In this document: in pieces, positions 24,058-33,011 of the stretch
Layout: every line of letters begins with the position of its first letter
How positions within the stretch are numbered: the stretch's first letter is position 1
DNA from: Thermoplasmata archaeon
GTDB lineage: Archaea; Thermoplasmatota; Thermoplasmata; Lutacidiplasmatales; UBA184
Direction of reading: 5' to 3'
Assembly: GCA_030039715.1 (NCBI GenBank)
Contig: JASHVA010000079.1
Coordinates: forward strand, 1-43,061
DNA length: 43,061 bases
Position numbers and translations under genes: made by a program
The notes under the pieces: generated by a model
Databases searched by the model: none
Seen by the model: the letters and a program-made list of their open reading frames with translations, nothing else
What the model was told of the DNA's origin: nothing

Positions 24058-25245
24058 ATGGATTCGGAGATGCCCGACAACTACGGCGGCTTCGGCCCGT
24101 CGCGTCAACGGTCGATCTACATGGACGGGCTGGCCGGCCGCCTTCCCCGCGTCCCGATCGTCATGGATCGGCTGGAGGCAGCCGCCCAGGCGGTCCTCAC
24201 GCCGGAGGCGTTCGACTACGTCGCCGGCGCCGCCGGGGGCGAGCGGACGGCCCGGCACAACGTCGCGGAGTTCGACCGCTGGCATCTCGTCCCGCGGATG
24301 TTGCGGGATGTCCACGAGCGGGACACGCGCGTCGAGCTGTTCGGCTCGACCTTCGCCGCGCCGCTCCTCTTCGCCCCGGTCGGCGCTCTCGAGGTCGTCC
24401 GACCGGACGGGGACCTCGCGGTCGCTCGGGCGAGCGTCGCCACGGCGGTGCCGATGGTCGCGAGCACGCTCACGACGCGCTCGCTCGAGGAGATCGCCGC
24501 CGCGATGGGGACCGCCCCCCGGTGGTTCCAGCTGTACTGGGGCCCGGACCGGGACCTGAACCTGAGCCTCGTTGGCCGGGCGGAGAAGGCCGGATTCAGC
24601 GCCCTCGTCGTCACCCTCGACACGCGGATCATCGGCTGGCGCGACCGGGACCTCGCCCGGGGGTACCTGCCGTTCCTCGGGGGGATCGGGCTCGGGAACT
24701 ACTTCTCTGACCCGGTCTTCCGCTCCCGACTCGCGCGCCCTCCCGACGAGGACCTTCCGGCCGCCGTGCTCCGGGCCACGCAGATGATCGGCGACCCGAC
24801 GTTCGGCTGGGACGACGTCCGCTTCCTGACGGAGCGCACGTCGCTCCCCGTCGTCGTGAAGGGGATCCTCCACCCGCAGGACGCGGTCCAGGCGATGGAG
24901 GCCGGGGCGAACGGCCTCATCGTATCGAACCACGGGGGCCGGCAGGTCGACGGGAGCGTCCCGGCGCTCCGGGCCCTTCCGAAGGTGATGGAGGAAGCCG
25001 GCCAGCGGATCCCCGTGCTGTACGACGGCGGCATCCGCCACGGCGCCGACATCGCGAAGGCGATCGGGCTCGGGGCGCGGGCCGTGCTGTTCGGCCGGCC
25101 GTACGTCTGGGGGCTCGCGGTCGGAGGCGAGGACGGCGTGTCGGCGGTCGCGCACAACCTGATCGCCGACTTCGACCTCACGCTCGCGCTCTGCGGACTC
25201 ACCCGCCCGTCCGAGCTGACCAGGGACATCGTGGTCCCGGCGTAG
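24058..25245 (+). CDS. FMN-dependent alpha-hydroxy-acid oxidase/dehydrogenase (lactate/glycolate oxidase family); alternative start ATG 24070
   Basis: PLLFAPVG, WFQLYW, VVTLDT, VVKGIL, VSNHGGRQVDG, and DGGIRHGADIAKAIGLGA. Confidence 0.9.
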   Translation: MDSEMPDNYGGFGPSRQRSIYMDGLAGRLPRVPIVMDRLEAAAQAVLTPEAFDYVAGAAGGERTARHNVAEFDRWHLVPRMLRDVHERDTRVELFGSTFAAPLLFAPVGALEVVRPDGDLAVARASVATAVPMVASTLTTRSLEEIAAAMGTAPRWFQLYWGPDRDLNLSLVGRAEKAGFSALVVTLDTRIIGWRDRDLARGYLPFLGGIGLGNYFSDPVFRSRLARPPDEDLPAAVLRATQMIGDPTFGWDDVRFLTERTSLPVVVKGILHPQDAVQAMEAGANGLIVSNHGGRQVDGSVPALRALPKVMEEAGQRIPVLYDGGIRHGADIAKAIGLGARAVLFGRPYVWGLAVGGEDGVSAVAHNLIADFDLTLALCGLTRPSELTRDIVVPA

Positions 25246-25248
25246 CGG

Positions 25249-26082
25249 CTAGTCGCGGCCCCGGAGCGGGCGGTGGGCCCGGACGGAGTACGTCAACGGA
25301 ATGGGCGGCCCTTCGCGCGGCAGGTGCCAGTAGCCGTCGGCGGCCCGCCGCATGGCGGGGTACCGGTGCCAGTAGGAGAACGGGTACTCCCGGAATTCGT
25401 CGATCACGAGGCCGGCGTGCGCGAGCGCGGTGACCGCCTGCGAGGTCGGGTGGAGCCAACAGTAGCCGACCGTGTGCCGGAGCCGGGCTCCCCGTGTCGC
25501 GTAGGTGTCCGTCTCGTCGAAGCGCAGCGGCGCCGATCGAAAATAGTCGTGGCGCCGGACGAGACGGCCACCCCGCCCGGTCGGCTCGTAGTCTTCCGCG
25601 ATCGGATGGTCTTCGAGATAGAAGAGACGGCCGCCGGGCCGCAAGAGCCGCGCGACCGCTTCCCCCCACGGCTCGAGGTCCGGAAGCCAGCACAGGGCGC
25701 CTTTCCCCGTGTACACGAGGTCGAACCGCTCCCCCAGCCGTCGGGGAGCGTCGAGCACGTCGGAGCGCACGAACCGGGCGGTAAGGCCGGCACGGGCGGC
25801 GAGCGCGCGGGCCGCCGCGACCGCCGGGGCCGAGTAGTCGAGGCCGACGACCCGGGCGCCGCGCCGGGCCCAGGCGAGCGTATCGAGCCCGAAGTGGCAC
25901 TGGAGGTGGAGCAACGTGCGCCCCCGCACCGGACCCATCCCGTCGACCTCGAGCGGGAAGAGCGGGTCCGCCCCGCGGAGGAATCCCGGCACATCGTAGT
26001 CGGGCGAGGCGACGTGGTGAGCGACCGACTCGTCCCACCGGGCGCGGTTGGCCCGGTATCGCTGCCGCTCCCGTCCGTTCAT
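25249..26082 (-). CDS. Class I SAM-dependent methyltransferase
   Basis: 277 aa. GRTLLHLQCHFGLDTLAWARRGARVVGLDYS (motif I and post-I), FDLVYTG, and LRPGGRLF. Confidence 0.85.
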   Translation of the reverse strand: MNGRERQRYRANRARWDESVAHHVASPDYDVPGFLRGADPLFPLEVDGMGPVRGRTLLHLQCHFGLDTLAWARRGARVVGLDYSAPAVAAARALAARAGLTARFVRSDVLDAPRRLGERFDLVYTGKGALCWLPDLEPWGEAVARLLRPGGRLFYLEDHPIAEDYEPTGRGGRLVRRHDYFRSAPLRFDETDTYATRGARLRHTVGYCWLHPTSQAVTALAHAGLVIDEFREYPFSYWHRYPAMRRAADGYWHLPREGPPIPLTYSVRAHRPLRGRD

Positions 26083-26183
26083 CGGGCGTCCATCGGGAGG
26101 GGGTACTTCAGGCGGTCGGCGCGCGCGGGACGCCCGGGCTCTTGAGGGCGCGTCCCCTCCCTCGAGCGACGGAACGGTCCACG

Positions 26184-26732
26184 ATGGGCGAAGCTCGGCT
26201 CGCGGTGCGGCTGGCGGACCTCGAGGGCGCCGAACGGGAGCGGGCGATCCCGGTGCTCATCGACTCGTTCGTCGGGATCTATCGCTGGCACGCGAAGCGG
26301 ACGCTGCGCCAGGTGAGCTCGGTCCGGGGGGCGTTCTCGGGCGACGAGCTCGTGGGCGTCGCGATGCTGGAGCGACTGCTACCGGCCGTCGGGTACGTGT
26401 ACTACCTCGCGGTCCGCCGTGCGGACCGTCGCCACGGCGTGGCCGCGGCGTTGCTGGACGATGCCGTGGAGCGTTTCCGCCGAGACCGGGTGCGCGTCGT
26501 CTACGCGGCCGCCGAGGAGGAGAACGAGGCCTCGATCGCCCTCTTCGTTTCCCGCGGGTTCCGCACGGTCGAGCGGCGCGAGCTCGGTTGGGCCGAGGGG
26601 GGACTCGGGGCGTGGGGCCTTCGCAGTCGCATGTGGGTCGTATCGGGCGAGGTGCTGCTCGGACGGCGGCTCGCCCCCGAGCCTCTCCGGGAGACCGAGG
26701 TCGACGCACCGAACTCCCCGCGACGAAGCTAA
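26184..26732 (+). CDS. GNAT-family N-acetyltransferase (alternative start TTG 26142)
   Basis: YYLAVRRADRRHGVAAALLDDAV (motif A, R/Q-x-x-G-x-A) and ALFVSRGF. Confidence 0.8.
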   Translation: MGEARLAVRLADLEGAERERAIPVLIDSFVGIYRWHAKRTLRQVSSVRGAFSGDELVGVAMLERLLPAVGYVYYLAVRRADRRHGVAAALLDDAVERFRRDRVRVVYAAAEEENEASIALFVSRGFRTVERRELGWAEGGLGAWGLRSRMWVVSGEVLLGRRLAPEPLRETEVDAPNSPRRS

Positions 26733-26757
26733 GCCTCGCGACGGCTGGCACCGGCCC

Positions 26758-28812
26758 TTGGCCTCGCCGTCGTCGCCTCCGGTCGCTTGGCCCCCCACCC
26801 TCGGTGACCTGCCGTTCGGCCTCGCCCCCGCGGAGCTCCGCGCCCGGGCCGAGGCGGCGCTCGAGTCGATCCGTAGCGGGGTGAAGGCCCTCGCCGACTC
26901 GTCCGATCGCGCGACGGTCGACGGCTTCCTCGAGCCGCTCGACCGGCTTTACCACCGGCTCCAGAACATCAACGCACACGGCGGTCTCCTCTTCTCCGTG
27001 GCCACGGACGCCGAGACCCGGTCGGCGGGGCGCGAAGTGAGCGAGGCCGCCGAGCGCCTCGCGAGCGAGCTGCGATTGAACGCGGGTCTCTACGCGAGGC
27101 TCCGCGCGCTCGACCTCTCCGACGCGGAGGCGCCGACCCGGTTCGCGGTCGAGAAGATGCTCCGCGAACAGCGCCGGGCCGGGGTCGAAGGAGACGACGC
27201 GGCGCGGGCCACGACCCTCGAGCTCCTGAGCGCGATCGACCGGACGGGGAACCGGTTCGCCGAGAACATCGCCCAGCTCGATCGGTCGTTGCTCGTGCCG
27301 GACCCCGCTCGCCTCCACGGCCTGCCGTCGGATTACCTCGCCGCCCATCCTCCTGGACCGGACGGGCGGGTCCGGATCACGACGAAGTATCCGGATTTCG
27401 GACCCGTGATGTCGTACTGCGACGACGCCTCGGTCCGGCGCGACCTCCTCCTCGAGTTCGCCCGCCGGGCCTATCCCGAGAACGACCCGGTGCTGCGCGA
27501 GCTCCTCGAGCTCCGGGCGCGGTTCGCGAGCCACCTCGGGTACGCTTCGTACGCCGCGTTCGCGATCGAGGACAAGATGATGGCCACCCCGGGAGCGGCG
27601 CGGGCGTTTCTCGCACGGCTCGCGGCGCTCCTCGCCGCGCCGTCCGAGCGCGACCTCGACCGGTACCTCGCCCGGAAGCGCCGGGACCACCCCGAAGCGA
27701 CGACGCTCGAGCTCTGGGACGCCGAGTCGTGGGGTAGCGGCTACTACGACAGCAAGATCCGGACGGAGGAGTACGGGGTCGACACGAGCCGCCTGCGCAC
27801 GTACCTGCCGTACCTCCAGGTCCGCAACGGGCTCTTCGAGCTCTGCCGCGAGCTCTTCGGACTCGAGTTCCGGCGGGCCGACGACGCCGAGGTCTGGCAC
27901 CGCACGGTCGAGGCGTTCGACGTCACGCGGCGAGGCGTTCCGCTCGGCCGCTGTTACCTCGACCTCGTGCCCCGCGACGGGAAGTTCAACCACGCCGCCT
28001 GCTTCACGGTCCGGGACGGGCGGGCCGACGTCGAGCTACCGCAGGCCGCGCTCGTCTGCAACTTCGTCGCGTCCAACGTCCCCCAAGCCTCGGCCCGTAT
28101 GGAATGGCGGGACGTCGTCGTCTTCTTCCACGAGTTCGGCCATCTGATCCACCACCTCCTCGCCGGGCAGCCCCGCTGGCTCTACAACGGGCAGGGCCGG
28201 ATCGAGTGGGACTTCATCGAGGCCCCGTCGCAGCTCTTCGAGGAATGGGCCCGGGACCCGGCGACCCTCGCGCGGTTCGCGATGGACCCGGACACCGGCG
28301 AACGGATCCCGAAGGAGCTGCTCGAGCGCCTCCGGGCGGCGGAGGCGCTCGGTCGCCCCGCCCGCCTGTTGCGCCAGGTCGCGCTCGCGACGATCTCGCT
28401 CGACTTCTACGAGGGAGGGGGCGCGATCGCGGACCCCGCCGCCGCCTACCACCGCTCCTGGAACTCCGTCGTCCCCCGCCCGCTCCCCTCCGAGTACCAC
28501 TTCGAGGCGTCGTTCGGGCATCTCGGGGGCTACTCCGCGTTCTACTACACCTACCTCTGGTCGCTGGTCATCGCCCGCGACCTCCTGACGCCGTTCCGCG
28601 AGCGGGGCGACCTGACCGACCCCGAGGCCGCCCGGCGGTACGCCGAGGAGATCCTCGCGCCGGGCAGCATCCGCCCGGCCGCCGAGCTCGTCCGTCGATA
28701 TCTCGGTCGGGACTTCTCCTACGCCGCGTTCGAGGCGTGGGTGCTCGGCGAGCCCACGCGCTCCTCGCCGGCCGCGCCGGAGCGCGCCCGCTCGACTACG
28801 GCTGGACCGTGA
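26758..28812 (+). CDS. M3-family zinc metallo-oligopeptidase (thimet oligopeptidase / Dcp-like)
   Basis: FFHEFGHLIHHLL (HEXXH), EAPSQLFEEW, and GGYSAFYYTYLWS. TTG 26758 is the first in-frame start after the GNAT stop. The upstream part of track ORF 26419.. overlaps the GNAT gene and looks non-coding. Confidence 0.9.
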   Translation: MASPSSPPVAWPPTLGDLPFGLAPAELRARAEAALESIRSGVKALADSSDRATVDGFLEPLDRLYHRLQNINAHGGLLFSVATDAETRSAGREVSEAAERLASELRLNAGLYARLRALDLSDAEAPTRFAVEKMLREQRRAGVEGDDAARATTLELLSAIDRTGNRFAENIAQLDRSLLVPDPARLHGLPSDYLAAHPPGPDGRVRITTKYPDFGPVMSYCDDASVRRDLLLEFARRAYPENDPVLRELLELRARFASHLGYASYAAFAIEDKMMATPGAARAFLARLAALLAAPSERDLDRYLARKRRDHPEATTLELWDAESWGSGYYDSKIRTEEYGVDTSRLRTYLPYLQVRNGLFELCRELFGLEFRRADDAEVWHRTVEAFDVTRRGVPLGRCYLDLVPRDGKFNHAACFTVRDGRADVELPQAALVCNFVASNVPQASARMEWRDVVVFFHEFGHLIHHLLAGQPRWLYNGQGRIEWDFIEAPSQLFEEWARDPATLARFAMDPDTGERIPKELLERLRAAEALGRPARLLRQVALATISLDFYEGGGAIADPAAAYHRSWNSVVPRPLPSEYHFEASFGHLGGYSAFYYTYLWSLVIARDLLTPFRERGDLTDPEAARRYAEEILAPGSIRPAAELVRRYLGRDFSYAAFEAWVLGEPTRSSPAAPERARSTTAGP

Positions 28813-29083
28813 TCTTGCCGGAGCGGCCCATCGATATCTGGAGCTTCCCCCGGTAGTCCTTGACCCAGCCGTCCGTGATGCGGACCTTCTGCCCGACCGA
28901 GTAGCGCTTCGTGTCCTCGCCCCACAGCGTGAGCGTGATGGTGCCGGTGGAGTCCTGCAGCGTCGCGTCCGCGACCTGCGACGGCCCGCGGGAGGTCGTG
29001 ACGTCCCGCACCGCGGAGATCGCCGTGATCGTCGCTTCGATGGTCGCGTTCTGGTTCGCCTGGAGCGTCGCGATGCCGGGCAT
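28796..29083 (-). CDS. Small OB-fold nucleic-acid-binding protein (SSB/RPA-like single OB)
   Basis: 95 aa. VADATLQDSTGTITLTLWGEDT...GQKVRITDGWVKDYRGKLQIS is typical of stand-alone OB-fold (tRNA_anti-like) proteins. Confidence 0.7.
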   Translation of the reverse strand: MPGIATLQANQNATIEATITAISAVRDVTTSRGPSQVADATLQDSTGTITLTLWGEDTKRYSVGQKVRITDGWVKDYRGKLQISMGRSGKITVQP

Positions 29084-29108
29084 GACGGCGGCGGCGAATC
29101 CGGCGGGG

Positions 29109-29115
29109 GTTAAAC
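29109..29115 (-). promoter_or_regulatory. TATA box candidate for the OB-fold gene
   Basis: GTTTAAC on the reverse strand, centred 29 nt upstream of ATG 29083. Confidence 0.45.
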
Positions 29116-29147
29116 GCTCTCCTACGCGGCCGGGACGGTCCCCGGGC

Positions 29148-29858
29148 TCACTTCGCGGACGCTTCCGAGTCGCCGCGCCAGTCGTCGTCCTGCTCGAGCC
29201 CGAGCAGGTGGCCGAGCTTCGCCTGCTTGGTCTGCATGTAGGCGCGATCGTGGTCGTTCGGAGGCACGACGACGGGGATGCGGCCGACGATCTTCACGCC
29301 GTGCTCGGCGAGGTCCTTCACCTTGTCCGGGTTGTTGGTCATGATCCGGATCGACTTCACCCGGAGCGCCCAGAGCATGTGCGCGGCGATCGCGTAGTCC
29401 CGCTCGTCCGCGCGGAATCCGAGCAGCTCGTTCGCCTGCACGGTGTCGTAGCCGGCATCCTGCAGCTGGTAGGCCTTGATCTTGTTGACGAAACCGATCC
29501 CGCGTCCCTCCTGCCGAAGGTAGAGCACGATCCCGCGGTCCATCTTCCCGATCCGCTCGAGGGACTCGAGGAGCTGGTCGCGGCAGTCGCAGCGGAGGGA
29601 GCCGATCGCGTCACCGGTCAGGCACTCGGAGTGCAGCCGGACCGGTACCTCCTCCGCGTCGACCACGTCGCCGTGGACGAAGGCGGCGTGCTCCTTTCCG
29701 TCCGAGGGGCTCCAGAACGCCGCGACTTGGTAGTCGCCGAAGCGCGTCGGGAGGTTCGCGATCGCGCACACCTGGACGCACACCTCCGAGCCGTCGGGGC
29801 ACTTGTGCGCCAGGCTCTCGTCCAGGAGCTGCTGGACGACCGCGGGGGAGATTCCCAT
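29148..29858 (-). CDS. ribA: GTP cyclohydrolase II (alternative start TTG 29870)
   Basis: LPTRFGDY, RLHSECLTGDAIGSLRCDCRDQL, LYLRQEGRGIGFVNKIKAYQLQDAGYDTV and FRADERDY align closely with E. coli RibA as I recall it. Confidence 0.9.
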   Translation of the reverse strand: MGISPAVVQQLLDESLAHKCPDGSEVCVQVCAIANLPTRFGDYQVAAFWSPSDGKEHAAFVHGDVVDAEEVPVRLHSECLTGDAIGSLRCDCRDQLLESLERIGKMDRGIVLYLRQEGRGIGFVNKIKAYQLQDAGYDTVQANELLGFRADERDYAIAAHMLWALRVKSIRIMTNNPDKVKDLAEHGVKIVGRIPVVVPPNDHDRAYMQTKQAKLGHLLGLEQDDDWRGDSEASAK

Positions 29859-29880
29859 CGGGCGTAGCAACCGGCGTCGC

Positions 29881-29888
29881 GATTAAAG
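29881..29888 (-). promoter_or_regulatory. TATA box candidate for ribA
   Basis: CTTTAATC on the reverse strand, centred 27 nt upstream of ATG 29858. Confidence 0.45.
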
Positions 29889-29969
29889 GCACCGGTAACC
29901 TCCGCGACAGCCCCTGGGACTCCGGGCGGTACGGTTTAGTCCCGCGAGGCCGTCCCGGTCCCGCCGCCG

Positions 29970-30107
29970 ATGGCCGGACCGGAGGACGCCGTGCGGTGCC
30001 CGCAGTGCGCCCGGCTCGTCCCGGTACCCGAGGACTGGCGCGTCATCGTCTGCCCCGGCTGCGGCGAGGTCATCACGCGAATGACCTCGGACTCCACCTA
30101 CGACTGA
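29970..30107 (+). CDS. Small zinc-ribbon protein (45 aa), below the ORF-track cutoff
   Basis: MAGPEDAVRCPQCARLVPVPEDWRVIVCPGCGEVITRMTSDSTYD has CPQC-x14-CPGC. TTTAG (29935-29939) lies about 33 nt upstream of the ATG. Confidence 0.4.
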   Translation: MAGPEDAVRCPQCARLVPVPEDWRVIVCPGCGEVITRMTSDSTYD

Positions 30108-30137
30108 GCGGGACCTCCGGTCGGACTCCGTCCCCCG

Positions 30138-30647
30138 CTACTCGGAATACATCCGCTGGAGCAGCGTCACATCGATCCACCGGTCGAACTTCCGTCCGAC
30201 CTCGCGCATCTCGCCTACCGGAACGAAACCGACGGCCCGGTGGAGACGCAGGCTCGCCGGATTGCGGTCCGCGACGCGGGCGAGCAGCGTGTGGAAGCCG
30301 GCCCGTTCGCCCTCGGCGACGAGGGCGTTGAGGAGCGCCGTGCCGACCCCGCGGCCCCGCAGTCGCGAGGTGACATAGACAGAGACCTCCGCCGTGCGCG
30401 AGTACGCCGGCCGGTCGGACCACGGGCTCAGGGACGCCCATCCGACCACGGCCCCCGATTCCGTCGCGACGAGGGCGACCCAGGGCGGAGCGTGCTCTTC
30501 CAACCAGAGGCGCTGCCGCTCGATCGAACGCGGAACCGTATCGAAGGTCGCCACGGAGCGGGCGACCGCCTCGTTGTAGATCTCGGCGATCGCGCCGGCG
30601 TCGTCCGATGTCGCGGGACGGAGGTCGACGTGAACTCGTTCCGACAC
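30138..30647 (-). CDS. GNAT acetyltransferase of the phosphinothricin/methionine-sulfoximine acetyltransferase (PAT/MnaT) type
   Basis: 169 aa. IAEIYNEAV...TFDT...ERQRLWL, YVTSRLRGRGVGTALLNALV, and GFHTLLARV...NPASLRLHRAVGF. Confidence 0.88.
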   Translation of the reverse strand: MSERVHVDLRPATSDDAGAIAEIYNEAVARSVATFDTVPRSIERQRLWLEEHAPPWVALVATESGAVVGWASLSPWSDRPAYSRTAEVSVYVTSRLRGRGVGTALLNALVAEGERAGFHTLLARVADRNPASLRLHRAVGFVPVGEMREVGRKFDRWIDVTLLQRMYSE

Positions 30648-30927
30648 GGGCCGGACCGCGCTCCTTGCCCCGCGCTATCGGGCCGGGCTAGTTGAAGGCG
30701 CTCGTCTCCAAAGTGGACGTTCGAAGGATCCCGTCTCCCGTTCTCGGCCGTACGCACGGCTGGGCGCGCCGTCTCGAGTCCGGAACGCCCAACCCCCTGC
30801 GCAGGTCCCCCGAGCCGACCGGCGGTCGGGACCCCAACTGATTAGTCCAGCGACGCGGTACGGGCGGTTGCCCGCCCCGACCCTCTCCGTCGGTCGGAGC
30901 CGGCCGGTGGGGGGGCTATCGCAGGGG

Positions 30928-31155
30928 ATGCCGTTCGTTGAATACGACGAGGTCGAGGCCGTCTGTTCCGACTGCGGCCGGATCTTCCGCTCGGAGGAGG
31001 CGCTCGCCGCGCACCGCATCGACAGCCACGCGGGGCGCGTCGCTCCGCCCCCGAAGGACGCGCTGACCTGTCCAATCTGCCAGCGGCGCTTCCTCTCCGC
31101 CGCCCAGCTGCGATCCCATCGGGACCGCCAGCATCCCGACGCGGCCGACGTCTAG
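30928..31155 (+). CDS. Two-finger C2H2 zinc-finger protein (alternative start TTG 30868)
   Basis: CSDCGRIFRSEEALAAHRIDSH and CPICQRRFLSAAQLRSHRDRQH both fit C-x2-C-x12-H-x4-H. Confidence 0.65.
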   Translation: MPFVEYDEVEAVCSDCGRIFRSEEALAAHRIDSHAGRVAPPPKDALTCPICQRRFLSAAQLRSHRDRQHPDAADV

Positions 31156-31241
31156 CCCTCGGTCCCGTGGGCGACGGGAAAGCGTGAGCTTATTCCCGTG
31201 GAGGAACGTGGCGGCCGGGCGCATCCGCCCGAGGACGCTCC

Positions 31242-31790
31242 GTGGTCGCGATCGATTGGCCGAGCCTCACGCTCATCACGGCGTTCAGCACGTGGGTGCT
31301 CGCCATCGGCACGCTGATCATCCTGTTCTGGCAGACCTACCAGGCGCAGGTCCTCAACTCGGCGAACGCGGTGATGAACCTCCGCGACAAGTTCGATTCG
31401 ACGCGACTCCGCGCCGTCCGACGTCACCTGAGCGACAAGCTCCTCAAGCAGACGCACGAGGACATCGCGAGCATCGAAGTGGTCACGTTCTTCGAGCTGA
31501 TCGGAACGCTCACCCACCGGCGCGTCCTGAACGAGGAGTTGGTCTGGGAGGCGTTCGGCACCTGGATCACCGCGTACTGGTACGCGCTACGCCATCCCTC
31601 GGACTGGGTCGGCCAGCTGCGGCACGACCTCGAGGACCCGCTGATCTTCCACGAATACGAGTGGCTCGTCCTCCGGATGCTGGAGCTCGACCGCCGGGCG
31701 TTCGCGAGGCTCCATGCGAAGGTCGGCGGGAACCCCGAGGAGGAGGCCCGCCGCATCCTGAAGCGGGAGTCGCTGCTCGAGTCTCTGTAG
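31242..31790 (+). CDS. Single-pass membrane protein with a helical cytoplasmic domain; paralog of 19618..20064 (possibly DUF4760-like, from memory)
   Basis: 182 aa. N-terminal TM LTLITAFSTWVLAIGTLIILFW. Carries the shared motif skeleton FFELIGTL....LNEELV....YEWL. Confidence 0.6.
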   Translation: MVAIDWPSLTLITAFSTWVLAIGTLIILFWQTYQAQVLNSANAVMNLRDKFDSTRLRAVRRHLSDKLLKQTHEDIASIEVVTFFELIGTLTHRRVLNEELVWEAFGTWITAYWYALRHPSDWVGQLRHDLEDPLIFHEYEWLVLRMLELDRRAFARLHAKVGGNPEEEARRILKRESLLESL

Positions 31791-31808
31791 GACGTACGAG
31801 GAACGACC

Positions 31809-32522
31809 GTGGCGGCGGTCACACAGCGGGCGCGGGGACCGGTCCTCGGCCTCGACCTCGCCGGCTCCCCGCGTCGACCGACCGGCTGGTGCGTCCTCGG
31901 CGCACGAGGGGCGTTGCGGGTCGGCGTCGCCTTCTCCGATGCGGAGCTGACGCGTCGCGTGACCGCGGCCCGGCCCGCGCTCGTCGTGGTCGACGCCCCG
32001 CTCTCGCTCCCGCTCGGACGGCGAACGATCGACGATCGGGGCGGGCCCCACCTGCGCGCGTGCGACCGGGAGCTCCTGCGCCTCGGCATCCGGTTCTTCC
32101 CGCTCACGCTGGGGCCGATGCGCATGCTCACGAGCCGAGGGATGCGGCTCGCCGCCGACTGGCGCTCGCTCGGCTTCGAGGTGGTGGAAGGGTACCCGGG
32201 GGCCTCCCAGGACCTGGCCGGCATCCCGAGGAAGGGCGGGGGCCTCGGCCCGCTTCGCCGCGGACTCCTCCGGCTGGGGCTGCGGGGCGACCTCTCGCAT
32301 CGGGGCCTCACCGGCGACGAGCTCGACGCGGTCACCATCGCCTGGGTGGGGCGAGAGCACCTCGCGGGGCGAGGGTGGCTCCTCGGTGACGCGGACGAAG
32401 GGCAGATGCTGCTGCCCCGGCCCCTCGGGCGCGCGGGAGATTTTCACGGGCGGCGGATCGGTCGGCCTAGCGCGAGGGAATCTCGACCAAGAGCTGGGCG
32501 AAGAGACCGCCGCCCCACGTGA
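31809..32522 (+). CDS. DUF429-like protein (predicted RNase H-fold nuclease)
   Basis: VLGLDLAGSPRRPTGWCVL (first beta-hairpin with Asp), VVVDAPLSLP, RACDRELLRLGIRFFP, EVVEGYP, and DELDAVTIAWVG. It starts 18 nt after the preceding gene. Confidence 0.65.
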   Translation: MAAVTQRARGPVLGLDLAGSPRRPTGWCVLGARGALRVGVAFSDAELTRRVTAARPALVVVDAPLSLPLGRRTIDDRGGPHLRACDRELLRLGIRFFPLTLGPMRMLTSRGMRLAADWRSLGFEVVEGYPGASQDLAGIPRKGGGLGPLRRGLLRLGLRGDLSHRGLTGDELDAVTIAWVGREHLAGRGWLLGDADEGQMLLPRPLGRAGDFHGRRIGRPSARESRPRAGRRDRRPT

Positions 32523-32946
32523 CCGCGAAAGCCGCTCCCGGCGCGACGAACGTGGTCGGCCGCCCGGGATTGGACGGGGTCCCGCCGAGTACGAACGAGT
32601 AGGTCGTCCCGTTGGGCTCGGTCCCGTTGCCGTGAAGCCAGGTACCGTTCCAGGTGTACCAGCCCGTGGTCCAGACCCAGAACGTGATGTTGCCGACGGC
32701 GACGCTCGAGGGGAGCGTTCGGTTGCTGCCGATCGCCGGGATCCCGAGATAGTAGGTGTCCTCGGAATACTGGTGGCCATCGAGCGTGACCCCGGTCGGG
32801 ATCTGCCCGGGGAGCCCGGGAAAGTGACCCGAGAACAGGGCGACGCCGAAACCGATCGCGAGCGCGAAGGCGACGACCGACCCCACGGCCTTCCGCCGGC
32901 CCCGCCACCACACGGGGTCGGGCCGCGGAACTCCGCCGTCGTCCAT
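32467..32946 (-). CDS. N-terminally anchored extracellular hypothetical protein, sequon- and Trp/Thr/Gly-rich
   Basis: 159 aa. TM VGSVVAFALAIGFGVALF. Five sequons (NRT, NIT, NGT x3). The reverse-strand TATA (32971-32980) lies 29 nt upstream of the ATG. Confidence 0.6.
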   Translation of the reverse strand: MDDGGVPRPDPVWWRGRRKAVGSVVAFALAIGFGVALFSGHFPGLPGQIPTGVTLDGHQYSEDTYYLGIPAIGSNRTLPSSVAVGNITFWVWTTGWYTWNGTWLHGNGTEPNGTTYSFVLGGTPSNPGRPTTFVAPGAAFAVTWGGGLFAQLLVEIPSR

Positions 32947-32970
32947 GGGTCGCGCACTGCCGCGGCAAGC

Positions 32971-32980
32971 TATAGTTTAA
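32971..32980. promoter_or_regulatory. Shared A/T-rich box TATAGTTTAA in a 65-bp divergent spacer
   Basis: Centred 29 nt from ATG 32946 (minus strand) and 34-39 nt from ATG 33012 (plus strand). Confidence 0.45.
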
Positions 32981-33011
32981 CTCCGCGCCGCGAGTCCGCG
33001 ACCGGCGCACG

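Noticed and set aside
29859-29969. Checked the ribA upstream spacer for an FMN-riboswitch-like structure.
   Set aside because: The TATA box lies 27 nt from the ATG, which implies a leaderless mRNA with no room for an aptamer. FMN riboswitches are not established in Archaea, and no conserved FMN-element motifs are visible.
30690-30760. A GTTCGAA T-loop-like motif inside the 220-nt spacer upstream of the C2H2 gene, considered as a hidden, split or intron-containing tRNA.
   Set aside because: The flanks do not form a T-stem (GGACG versus GATCC). No acceptor-stem complement or anticodon arm can be drawn on either strand, even allowing an intron.
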